NCBI GenBank assembly: GCA_034226945.1
Contig: CP120455.1
Location: 310,001 to 374,000, forward strand
Direction of reading: 5' to 3'
From: Picochlorum sp. SENEW3
Taxonomy: Eukaryota
Length of the DNA: 64,000 nucleotides
Part shown: piece after piece, positions 45,094 to 55,702 of the stretch
How positions within the stretch are numbered: the stretch's first letter is position 1
Layout of the letters: every line of letters begins with the position of its first letter
Position numbers and translations under genes: made by a program
The notes under the pieces: model-generated
The model's database searches: none
Seen by the model: only the letters and a program-made list of their open reading frames with translations
What the model was told of the DNA's origin: nothing

Positions 45094-45624
45094 ATGGGCG
45101 CTTGCCTGAGTTGTTGTGGTCAAGGCACAGGGCCAGACGGAGAGGCTTATCGGGCTGGGTCAAGGTACTGATGAATGACGGTTTATGTATCCCCTTGATG
45201 CACACTTTACTATTGTAAAGAAACATGTTAAGCAGTAGTGCATTTTCTGACGTGTGGACCAACTGGACCGATTCGTAGGTTGAGGGACACAGAGGCCGAC
45301 CGGCAGGCCCGAGCTGCAGCTGCGCAAGCGGTACGTTGACTAAAATCATCAAGATACTGCGTAGAACTGACTTGATGGTGTTCGAAGCTCTCTTCGAAAG
45401 GGTTTTATGCACTCTGCCAAAGGCCCTACGAGCGGTCTCGGCAAGCACGTTGCCTCACTCTCTTTGATTCTGCTTCTGTACAGGCGGCTCAGAGACAAGC
45501 TACGTATGAAACTAGTGCAGTGGGGAAGGCCGTAGCGAAATCAGTGAGAGCAGCCAAGCCTGATCAACGCTACAAGGACAGAGCAGGGGCAGGTGGTCCA
45601 ACATCCCAGGATTGGATCAATTGA
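45094..45624 (+). CDS. Small VCP/p97-interacting protein (SVIP)-like, 3 exons, 87 aa
   Basis: Exons 45094-45164, 45279-45330 and 45484-45624: MGACLSCCG...RQARAAAAQAAAQRQATYETSAVGKA...QDWIN. Confidence 0.7.
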
Positions 45625-45734
45625 GATTGAGTCTACTCCATTTCTGAGGCTTCTGCCTACGTATATGCTTTTTGAGATGCATTGTCGATGATTGGATGCA
45701 ATAAATGCCGCGCGTGCCGGAAATAAGGTGGACC

Positions 45735-45777
45735 TTCCAGAAGGTTCCATTCTGGCTTGCAAGGTTCTAGAACGTTC
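45735..45777. promoter_or_regulatory. Two perfect heat-shock elements (TTCnnGAAnnTTC)
   Basis: TTCCAGAAGGTTC at 45735-45747 and TTCTAGAACGTTC at 45765-45777, about 160-200 nt upstream of ATG 45938. Confidence 0.75.
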
Positions 45778-45937
45778 ATCATCTATTCATGCGCATAAAA
45801 CTGATTCTCTGACACCGGAGGAGCATTAAAAATTTGTTAAATATTTACATATACAATTATAATTTCGTGTGACGTACACATAAGGAATATCTTCAGGAAG
45901 AAGAAATACTAGCCCATACAAAGAAAGACATAGCAGT

Positions 45938-46891
45938 ATGTTTGCTTCTCACCCAATGCCGTTTGGTCACATGTCCCTGTCAGCCTTTTACCCAGGGACA
46001 GCACACGGTTCTATATGGGACGATGACGACGTATTCGACCTCATGTATAGCCACATGGGTGGCGCTATGGGAACGCAAATTGGCTCGTGCAGGGGTCCCG
46101 CATGTTCTAGAAGCAGGGCACAGCAGCGCCAGGAGGCACTCCGAATGAGAGCTGAAAAGGCCCGCAGAGAAGAGCAGCGCCGAATTCAACAGCAAAAGAG
46201 GATTGAGGAGGAGCGTCGTAGAGTTTTGGAGCAGAGACGGAAAAGAATTGCATCTAAAAATGCCAAAATCCTTGTCCTGGAAGATGATCCAGAGGATCAT
46301 ATTACTATTGGAGTCATCCTGAATAGAGCCGTGTCTCCTGAGAATCTTTCCATCGAGCCAAAGAAGAATACACTCAAAATTTCTCAGTACAAGCGTACGC
46401 CAATGTATCAGTATGGTCGAGATATCTGGGGGATGCCAGTTGCCCATCAAGGGTACAGGAAAGACAAGGTTTGGTCAGAAATGCTGGCGATTGATCCCTC
46501 CGTGAATGTCTTGGAATATTGCGCCCAATTACAAGACAATGTGCTGGTAATCACGATGCCATATCATTCAAAGAAAGCAAATTCCAAATCTGAGAATGCG
46601 CGTCGAGTTCCAATTGAGAGTGATGATGATATGCATCCAGCTGATGATGACATGCAACGCATTCCTATTGAGGATGATGAAGAGCAACCCACTATTTCTG
46701 AAAACGAAGTAGTGCCTCATGATACATCTCGTGATATGGAAGAACCAAAAGTCAAAGACAATGAGACGATCAGTAGTGTTCATGATGTGGATGAGGAAGG
46801 CATGGATGGTCCCCAGGAAACCCAGTCTCCAAAAAGCATTCAGGACATCTGGGAAGACATGGATGGTTCAATAGAAGATTGTGAGTACTGA
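45938..46891 (+). CDS. Divergent HSP20/alpha-crystallin-domain protein
   Basis: ENLSIEPKKNTLKIS...LAIDPSVNV...AQLQDNVLVITMP; charged helix before and acidic tail after; HSEs upstream. Confidence 0.6.
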   Translation: MFASHPMPFGHMSLSAFYPGTAHGSIWDDDDVFDLMYSHMGGAMGTQIGSCRGPACSRSRAQQRQEALRMRAEKARREEQRRIQQQKRIEEERRRVLEQRRKRIASKNAKILVLEDDPEDHITIGVILNRAVSPENLSIEPKKNTLKISQYKRTPMYQYGRDIWGMPVAHQGYRKDKVWSEMLAIDPSVNVLEYCAQLQDNVLVITMPYHSKKANSKSENARRVPIESDDDMHPADDDMQRIPIEDDEEQPTISENEVVPHDTSRDMEEPKVKDNETISSVHDVDEEGMDGPQETQSPKSIQDIWEDMDGSIEDCEY

Positions 46892-46974
46892 AAATTCTTT
46901 CTTACAAATGATCACGTGCGTTTTTTCTGAACTTATGTAAACTCTGGAATCGTGAATGACATCACAAGGTCATT

Positions 46975-47904
46975 TTAAGCCAATAAGGTATCAATCATAT
47001 GAATCATGTAATTGCAACCAACGTATTTTTCCGCTGCAATAATTGTTGCCACAGTATCTGGTCCTACAGATACTCTATACACGCCATCAGCAGTGTCATA
47101 GGTAAATGCTAGTGTTTCACCACTCTGGCTTTGCATGGTCTCTGTTAGGTCCAGAGCATCCTCATCCAAAATCATATCTGGGATAATGCCGGTGAAGAAA
47201 ATCTTTGCAAGAACAGCCGGCTTCTCAAACAGTTCTTCTACAGTGAGACCCAGACTCTCTGCACCAGCCTCCCAGGCTGCATCAACTGGGACAAAAAAGG
47301 TGTAAATGATGTCATTTCTCTCCAACACATCAGTCAAATTCAAAGCCAGAGCAGCCTTGTAAGCAGTTGTAAGATTCAAGTCATTTTTCAAGTCTTTCAA
47401 AACTGTCGAAGAGCATTTAATGGGGAGCTTGGGTTGAGCCTCGACTTCTGGCACGGGGGCCAGAGTTGCCGTCGTCTCTTCAGGCATGACCAGTTCTGGC
47501 AAGACCTCAACATCTCCATCATCTTCCTCAATCATTGTCACCTGATCGAGGAGTTGCTCTCGATAAATCTCCTCCTGTTTTTTCTTCTCTTCAGGGGACA
47601 TTGTTTCGCGCTCTGCCTCCGTGAGCGGATCCTCTGTCTCCTCCACCTCGGAAGCTGTTTCTTCCACAGCTGACAAAACCTCCTCTGCTGTTGTGATTGG
47701 CTCTGGCTCTTGCTTGCATCCCCCACATGTCTCAAGACAATATCCTTGAGCAATAAGGTCCTTACAATCACCGCGATCCTTGCGGTATGAGCAGCTCGGG
47801 GAAAAGAATCCAAAGCCTGGGCGCACATCAGTGCAGCCCTCTTGGGCAACTACAACTCCTGCCAGGCAGGCAAATACCAAAACCTTGACGAATCCGAACT
47901 TCAT
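46975..47904 (-). CDS. Secreted fasciclin (FAS1) domain protein with N-terminal six-Cys module
   Basis: Signal peptide; CTDVRP..C..C..YCLETCGGC; YTFFVPVDAAW (H1) and IHMIDTLL (H2). Confidence 0.8.
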   Translation of the reverse strand: MKFGFVKVLVFACLAGVVVAQEGCTDVRPGFGFFSPSCSYRKDRGDCKDLIAQGYCLETCGGCKQEPEPITTAEEVLSAVEETASEVEETEDPLTEAERETMSPEEKKKQEEIYREQLLDQVTMIEEDDGDVEVLPELVMPEETTATLAPVPEVEAQPKLPIKCSSTVLKDLKNDLNLTTAYKAALALNLTDVLERNDIIYTFFVPVDAAWEAGAESLGLTVEELFEKPAVLAKIFFTGIIPDMILDEDALDLTETMQSQSGETLAFTYDTADGVYRVSVGPDTVATIIAAEKYVGCNYMIHMIDTLLA

Positions 47905-48145
47905 GGCGGTTCTAATAGCACACGAAATTGTAAAATAACTGAGCTGTACTGGCATCGGTAGTGCTCATGTAGTCCCCTGCAGCATAACCTGGGAAGTGGC
48001 CCAGACCAGGTACATGACATTCATGTCTGGGTGCAGTTTGGACAATCCGAGACGTCCTTGTTGTGATTTTTTTCAAATCACATGGGAAGCTTTGAATGCC
48101 TTCGATATTCAATATTCCAGATATTTTAGTACATTAAAGCATTAA

Positions 48146-49265
48146 ATGGATGCATTCGGGGACCCTTTGCCTGCGTCTGACGACTACGAGTACTTTGAAG
48201 AAGTGGGACATGGGCGGTTCTCAGAGGTTGGTGGTTGGAATTAATGCAGACGCAGTGCGCTAGTCATTAAGTACATGACAATATGATTTATTATTGTATT
48301 TTGTAGATATATAGAGCTAAAGATCGCCAATCGGGGTGCGAGGTGGCCATGAAATATCTAACTTTGAGTCAACAGAGAGATGGACTTCCTGTACCAGTTC
48401 AGAGGGAGGTAGCAGCTCTACAAGCGCTACAAGGTCACCCAAATATATTAAAATACCATGGTTTATATCAGAATGTGCGTATTGAAACGATGTGCTTGAT
48501 CAAATGCCTTGCTCCTGCCCAGTCTTGTTTGAGAACAACCAAACACCATTGTTTCATGTGTGTGTCTCTCTGCCGCAGGATTTCGGGGTATCCATCGTGT
48601 TAGAATACCTGCCAACTAGCCTCAGTACGATTTTGAAACAGGAAAAACCAAGCGACTCTTGGGTTGTCAACGTAGTCTCCCAAGTATTAAAAGGGCTTGA
48701 AGCATGCCACCAGAACAGCATTGTGCACAGGGACTTGTCGCCCAATAACATTCTCATCGATGAAAGTTGTGTCGTCAAATTAGCAGATTTCGGCATTAGT
48801 ATATCCCAGAATGAGAAAGATAAGAGTGTTCATAGGAGCAATACACCTGGAATGGGAACGCTTTGGTACATGGCTCCAGAGATTTTGCTTGGGTCAACAC
48901 TGTACACGACAGCAGTGGACATCTGGAGTGTCGGTTGTATCATCGTAGAGATGGTGCTCGGACATTCGCCTTTCAAAGGTAGAAGTGATTTGCACCAGCT
49001 TTGTAGCATTATTGATGTTCTAGGTACACCGGATGAATCGTCATGGCCGGGTCTGAGCGAACAGCTTCCAGACTGGGGCAAGCTGGAATTCAAACATGTG
49101 GATGCCAAGGACTGGGATGACGTCTTCGACATGGACCAGATACAGAACCCCTCTTCGAAAGAGTTACTATCTCTAGCTAAAAAGATGATTGTTTTCAATC
49201 CAAACAATAGAATTTCAGCAACAGAAGCTTTGAAATCGAATATATTTCATTCAACAAATATTTAA
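48146..49265 (+). CDS. CDK-related kinase (CDK20/CDKF-like)
   Basis: Introns 48227-48306 and 48475-48578; GHGRFS, VAMK, PVPVQRE, HRDLSPNN, DFG, GTLWYMAPE, LPDWGK. Confidence 0.85.
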
Positions 49266-49268
49266 TAT

Positions 49269-50831
49269 TTAATGTCCTCCAAATTCAACTGCTGCAAATG
49301 CATCTTGAAGCTGTGTCATTGAAGCCCTTGCGCTTTCTTTATCTTGAACCTGTCGTTTCGTAGAATCAGCCACCTCAAAACTCTTATATGTATACCCTAC
49401 AAAGTTGGGATCAGCAACTGGGCGACTGCTCCTGCTGCTGGCAGGGTACTTACCACCTTGCATCAAATCATCCTCGTATTGCTCAAAGTTTTGAGTGTCA
49501 AGCTCATGCTCTACAGCCGGTCTATAGGGTGCTGTTGACTCGTACAATAAATCCCAATGTATACCTCTGAAGAATGGGTGATTTTTAATCTCCTCAATCC
49601 CATTTGTCCCAAGCCTGTCATTCACATCACACAACAGCCTCTGAATAAAGTCCTTTGCCGCAGGACTCAATGTCGCATCTGCCTCTGGAGTAAACCGAAG
49701 ATATGTCCTCCAGTTCACAATCTTCCTACAGGTCGTCATTGGATCGTCGCTATAAAATGGCGGAAAACCAACCATCATCTCAAATGCAATGGCCCCCAAA
49801 CTCCACCAATCACATTCCATGCCATACCCTTTCTTCATCAACACCTCTGGTGCAATATAATCCGGAGTACCCACTGTCGAAAATGCCAACTTTCTTCTAT
49901 TCTGCCTCCAGTGCAACAGCTGCTCCTCCTGAGACGACGCCGACGGGGACGGAAGGCTCCTCAATGTGGCTTCATCCTCTGCAGAAAACTTTGGCAGCAG
50001 CTGCACATCAACAGGCTTACATAGCCCAAAATCAGACAATTTCATCCTTCCTGACGCATCCAGCAAAAGATTATCCGGCTTTATATCCCTATGAATGTAT
50101 CCAGCTCGATGAATAGCCTCCAGCGCAAGCACTGTCTGAGCCAAATAAAACCTACTCATATCCTCCGTCAATATTTCCAAACGAATCAAAAGAGTCATCA
50201 AATCTCCTCCTGGTAAATATTCCATCACCAGATACAAATGCTCTTCATCCTGGAACGAATACATCAACTTGACTATCGCATAATGACTCACCTCTGCCAG
50301 CACATTTCTCTCAGCCTTGACATGATCCACCTGCCCTCGCCTCACCATCTCGCTCTTCTTCAGCTTCTTAACTGCCACAAGAGATCCAGTCGTCTTATCC
50401 CGACAAATCCTTACCTCTCCAAACGCACCTTTCCCAATCAGCTTGAGAGGCTCAAAATCAGCCATGCTCAGCCTCTGTCTCTGCAACCTTGTGTAATTAC
50501 TCTCCCTCTCCTCATGCTCCTCAATCACCGCTTTCTTTTCCTCAGGAGACAACGCTTCCGAACGAAGCGCTTGCTCAAGTTTCTGGCGCCTGAACAATAT
50601 CAAAACCACGCAAGATCAATCAATCAATCAATACTGATCTCGTAGAATCCTTGGACGACAGACCGCCTAAACCCACCTGTCCAGTCGCTCCCTAAAGTTC
50701 TGACTTTGAGACTTGTACAAGTGCTCAATATACATCTTGGCCGTCTTGGCACGCTCCAAAACCTCTTCAGAAAAGAACTGCTGTCCGACACTCGTCCCAG
50801 CTGTGGGACGCCCACCTTCTCTATCCACCAT
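49269..50831 (-). CDS. NDR/STK38-family AGC kinase
   Basis: Exon 1 AKMYIEHLY; intron 50590-50676; [38 protein letters not shown]. Confidence 0.95.
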
Positions 50832-51079
50832 ACTGCTGTGATGTATACTTTTGAATGATGAAAATGTGTGTAACCGCGAGATACCACAACCTAGTCTGAC
50901 AAGTATCTCTTCTTTCGGAAATAAAAATGTGTTTTAATCTCTCTAATCAAGACAACTGCCATGTTGCATGGGGTGTTGCTGAATACAATCCGGACCGGAT
51001 CTGTCTCATGACAGTTCAAACTATACTAAAACAAGATAGATGGCTGATTCATACGCCCCTGGGACATCAACGAACGCAC

Positions 51080-51919
51080 ATGTCTTCATTCGGCAGACTC
51101 CGTGACAAGGTCGCCATTGTCACAGCCTCGACAGCAGGCATTGGCCTGGGTATTGCGACGCGATTAGCCTCAGAAGGATCCAAAGTAGTAATTAGTAGCC
51201 GTAAACAAGAATCAGTCGACCAGATAGTTCGGGATTTGAAGTCAAAGAATTTTGAATGCGCAGGGCTTGCATGTCATGTTGGGGACCAATCTCAAATTCG
51301 CCGATTGGTCGATTTTACCGTCTCGCGGTATGGAAAGATTGACATTCTTGTCAGCAATGCTGCTGTGAATCCATCCGCTGGGTCCATTCTGGAGTGTGAT
51401 GACGCCGTTATAGACAAAATCTTTGACATTAATGGTACGCATGAATCTGAATAATAGACTGTTGTACTGCACCTCATAAATTGCACTCTTGAATACTATG
51501 ATGATGCAGTGAAATCAGCCATCCATTTGGTCCAGATGGTGGAGCCCCATATGAATACAAATGGCTCCATCATTTTCATCACCTCATACACAGCATTCAA
51601 TCCAGCTCCGCCTATTGGCATGTATGCAGTGTCCAAGACTGCATTGCTGGGGTTGACGAAAGCACTGGCAGAAGAGTTGGGTCCAGAGCGTCAGATTAGA
51701 GTGAATGCAGTTGCTCCTGGGGTGGTTCCGACCAAATTCGCAGCTGCCTTGGTTGCCACAGAATCCATGAGGCAGCACACAGTGGACAAGACACTGTTGC
51801 GTAAACTTGGCACTCCAGAGAATATTGCAGCTGTTGTTGCCATGTTGGCATCAGATGATGGATCGTACATCACTGGTGAGACGATTGTGGTCGCGGGTGG
51901 CATGCAGAGTAGGTTGTGA
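51080..51919 (+). CDS. Peroxisomal short-chain dehydrogenase (DHRS4/IBR1-like)
   Basis: TASTAGIG, VSNAAVNP, intron 51435-51509, YAVSK, C-terminal PTS1 SRL. Confidence 0.92.
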
Positions 51920-52151
51920 CCATCAAAACCCTTCTTCTTCTTCTTTGCTCAAGAGTGTTATAGTACTAGGGTACTTTGCAGGCCACCTAGGGTTTGATGT
52001 TCCGACAGCAAGGTTCTTGTATCGCGTTAGATATTCTCTCGTATTCTACCGACAATAGAGTAAAATTCAATAGGATCATCTTATCCTCGTTTGATTAAAC
52101 AAAAATAAGGAGAGCATCGCTCAAATACGACGCTGCTGGTCTGGCTGTATC

Positions 52152-52754
52152 ATGACGAGGGGGCTTGTCAACGTGTCTTTCGACGCCGATATCGCGTCGG
52201 ACTGGTCTCACGCGTTGGATTCAGAGCATGTTGCTGTGATTGAAATTACTGATACGACGGGAGAAAGAGTCATCTCGTTATACAAGAGTGAGGTGTGCCG
52301 CCTCCACGAGCTGCAACACAAGGTCACAGAACAAGTCAAGATTGAGGAGCAGCATTTATACACGTGTGCTGCGGCAAGTTCCATTGTTCTCATCAGAGCA
52401 AAGATATGCCCAGTGTCTGATTTTACATCACCAGTATCAGAGGTGACGTTTCCTCTATCGTCCTTGTTCGATGACGGAAAGGCATCCAAGTCTTCTGATA
52501 TCACCCTGTCCTCATCTGGCGGGGTTGCTCCGCAGGAGAGCAGTCATGCTGGGACCTGCCAGGTCACCATGCGATATTTCCCGGCAAGATCGAAAGGAAA
52601 AGTACGTGATACGCTAGGAATAGAACAGATTGATGACTCGTGCTATCCTGATCGATCAGGAGCACGATCTCCAAAATTTTATGAGAATAAACACCAGCCT
52701 GCTGTCTTTCACAGGCGTGGGCATGGTCCCAGAAAGGTCAATGCCTTGTATTGA
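52152..52754 (+). CDS. Hypothetical protein, possibly C2-like; may splice to an exon near 52843-53081
   Basis: 200-aa ATG ORF with a beta-strand pattern (VSEVTFPLSSL...GTCQVTMRY). Confidence 0.45.
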   Translation: MTRGLVNVSFDADIASDWSHALDSEHVAVIEITDTTGERVISLYKSEVCRLHELQHKVTEQVKIEEQHLYTCAAASSIVLIRAKICPVSDFTSPVSEVTFPLSSLFDDGKASKSSDITLSSSGGVAPQESSHAGTCQVTMRYFPARSKGKVRDTLGIEQIDDSCYPDRSGARSPKFYENKHQPAVFHRRGHGPRKVNALY

Positions 52755-53135
52755 TTTGTATTTTTTCGCTTCCTTGTCTTCCTGATGCCATCGTGTCTTG
52801 ATTCGTTTTCCATTCGTCAATGTCAACAACATAGAGTTTCTAGAATTCGTGCAATCATCATTCGTACCGAATGTGGTGTGAGTATCTATGCCAAGCAGCA
52901 AGAATCCCAACAACAACAACCCGTCACAGAGTGGAAGCGATCGCGAGTCGCGGGAGCCAAGGGATCAATCTCATCCATGTGGCCTGGCCCGATCTTCTTC
53001 CAAATACCTAAGAATCTGATACCACTGTATTTCAAATACGTATTAATTACAGAGGATTCTTCATCTATCGCTGATTTCTGATACATTCGGTCGCTCATTT
53101 CGACACAGGGATTTGATACAACGATATTCAATATT

Positions 53136-54031
53136 ATGGATGGTTCAAGCAGTAAGCGACAAAAGGTTGGTTATAATGAAGTATAAATACGTATGGTATG
53201 CGGGTGAAGGTGAAAGGAAGCATGCAGGTGGCATTCTTCTTTCACATTGGTTTTGAAACGATTGTCATCGCGTAAACTATTCATATGCAGGTCGGAGAGA
53301 CAGAAGACCCTTCGGTATCTGGATATAAATCTGCTGGTCGAAGTTCGAAGCAGTCGGGGAACACGTTGGAAGAAAAATTGAGTCAGTTTTGGAGCGAAAT
53401 GATGGAGGATGTCCAGGAGGGAGGGACGGATTTGACAGAGTTCAAGACGCAGCAGCTACCTCTTGCTCGGATTAAAAAGGTATGCGTGGGTAAGAGGTAT
53501 GGTTGAATATATACATGGGCGGATTTCATGGTGTTGTGTGTGCAGATTATGAAGTCTGATGAGGATGTGCGGATGATTAGTGCGGAGGCTCCAGTGTTGT
53601 TTGCCAAAGCATGTGAGTTCTTTATACTGGAAATGACTCTGAGGGCGTGGCATGTTGCTGAGGAGCAGAAGAGAAAGACGCTGACTCGTCAGGATATAAG
53701 TACTGCTGTGAATAGGACGGAAGTGTGGGATTTTTTGGCTGATACGGTTCCTGGGGAGGAGGGTGCACAGATGCCTCCGGCCATGGGTGGGCAGAGGCCC
53801 ATGGGCGTTCAGATGGATTCGTATCAGCCTCAGTATATGGCAATGCCTGGGGGAGGTGCACCTCCAGGTGGCATGTTTGCGGGGATGCAGCCCATGCCGA
53901 TGATGTATCAGGGGATTCCCCCACACATGTTTATGCAGAATCCTCAGCAGCAACAGCAGCAGCAAGACGGTGATTCTGGAAATGGAAATACCACTGCAAC
54001 GAATGGAGAGGGTCAAGAGGAAGGGAGCTGA
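53136..54031 (+). CDS. NF-YC: Nuclear factor Y subunit C
   Basis: Introns 53166-53290 and 53480-53545; [39 protein letters not shown]. Confidence 0.95.
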
Positions 54032-54054
54032 GAAAAAAAAATCAAGGTATCGCT

Positions 54055-55587
54055 TTACAGTTTTGACAATGCAGCATCAGTGTGAAGTGTCTCCCAGACG
54101 TGTTTCACTCCCTGGGCAATGAATGCTTTTCTGATCGAGTTGATGCTGCTATTACCTGATAGTACTGCTTTATATGCTCTGTGAATAAGTATCGATGGGA
54201 TGCAAAAGTTGAAGGTTGGGTATATGATTGAATATGTGGACCCATGCACAATCCTTGTGTTTGATACCACCATCCCAAGGATGTGTGATGTATCATCATC
54301 AAGGACAATGGCGCCACTTGCACCACTGATAACTTTAGCATCTGTTGTAAATATCGCTTCTTTATCATGCGCATCGCGGAGGACGGATGTGACGTGGCCG
54401 CGTGTCACAATGGGCTGGCCGTGGGTCTGCGATGCACACCAGAGTGGAAAACCTATAATTGATATCCGCTTGCCAATGACGGGGGTACATGTACTACTGA
54501 GTTCTAATGAGGATGCAATATTTGTGGTATTTAACTCCGGCACACGGATGAATGCCATATCAAGGATGCCCTCAAATGAGTAGAGTATATGGCCAGGGTG
54601 CAAGATGCCTGTACTGCTGCAACGAACCATCACGTTTGCCTCATGTGGGAGAGCGTGCGCATTCGTCACCACGACTCGCCTTTCCATATCTATGATATAC
54701 CCACTAGCCCAACACCCGTCCCCAGTATGAATGCTCACCGCGTGTGCCATGGGTTTGTCATAGGCAGATTGATGTCGAGTGGCTGATGGAATTTGCTGCA
54801 TGCCCATCATGGCTTGCATCACATGGCGAATGAATCGAATCGGCCATCCTATGTGAAACACAGCGCCAACACGATCTGAGGTGATCGGATAGCCGAGTAT
54901 CCCGCATATGGCGCCAGTATCTTTCATGATCAATGGCGCTCCTTCAAACCCAGGGACAACCTGTGCATCAAGAATGTACAAACATGGTCCATCAGTATAT
55001 ACGATGCTCCTGTTGGATTCTTCTTTCATTGGAGCACTCATGCACGCTGCGATCATTCCATTGAATCTGGCGTGCAGAAACTTGGTTCCCAAGAATTGAG
55101 GGAATGGACTGCCATGCAGACTAATGTATGTACCAATGTCTCCATCAACCTGCTCGACACGCGTAGGCTGTTTGCCACGATGGCTGCTGCGCAAACATTG
55201 CACTAGGACAATTGAACTCGCGATTCGAGCACTCTCCCTGGTCGACCCAAGATGACCAATCTCTAGGGGACCTGCTGTAGCATGCATCTCGTCAGGACAC
55301 AAAACATCTTCCAAGTCTATGGAGGAATATTTCCACAGAGGCAATATCTGGAGGACAGATGCAGAAATCCATCTGGATGGTTTTGATTCAAATGCGCATT
55401 CAATGCCGTCATGTTGATGAACGGAGGATGGATCAAAACGGATCGTCTCCTCCTTGTGGCATGGTTGTTCAAAAAAGAGCCCAAAGGGAACTGCAACCAA
55501 ACCTGCGTCCTCAAGTATCACCCCAGAGCATGCTCGGAATACTTTTGAAGACTTTCTCCGTATCCGAACGACAACAGCCTCCATCAA
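54055..55587 (-). CDS. DEG15: Glyoxysomal/peroxisomal processing protease (DEG15/TYSND1-like)
   Basis: HGSPF, PGFEGA, WASG, VTNAH, ILDMAF, SGASG; PTS1 SKL. Confidence 0.85.
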   Translation of the reverse strand: MMEAVVVRIRRKSSKVFRACSGVILEDAGLVAVPFGLFFEQPCHKEETIRFDPSSVHQHDGIECAFESKPSRWISASVLQILPLWKYSSIDLEDVLCPDEMHATAGPLEIGHLGSTRESARIASSIVLVQCLRSSHRGKQPTRVEQVDGDIGTYISLHGSPFPQFLGTKFLHARFNGMIAACMSAPMKEESNRSIVYTDGPCLYILDAQVVPGFEGAPLIMKDTGAICGILGYPITSDRVGAVFHIGWPIRFIRHVMQAMMGMQQIPSATRHQSAYDKPMAHAVSIHTGDGCWASGYIIDMERRVVVTNAHALPHEANVMVRCSSTGILHPGHILYSFEGILDMAFIRVPELNTTNIASSLELSSTCTPVIGKRISIIGFPLWCASQTHGQPIVTRGHVTSVLRDAHDKEAIFTTDAKVISGASGAIVLDDDTSHILGMVVSNTRIVHGSTYSIIYPTFNFCIPSILIHRAYKAVLSGNSSINSIRKAFIAQGVKHVWETLHTDAALSKL

Positions 55588-55702
55588 TCAGCTACATGTT
55601 TGAGATGATTTTAATTTCTACACTGGACGACCAGACCATTTGGACGCCTGGCAGCCAGTATGAGGGCCAAACCCAAGAGATTCAGAATTTTTAAATATAA
55701 AT

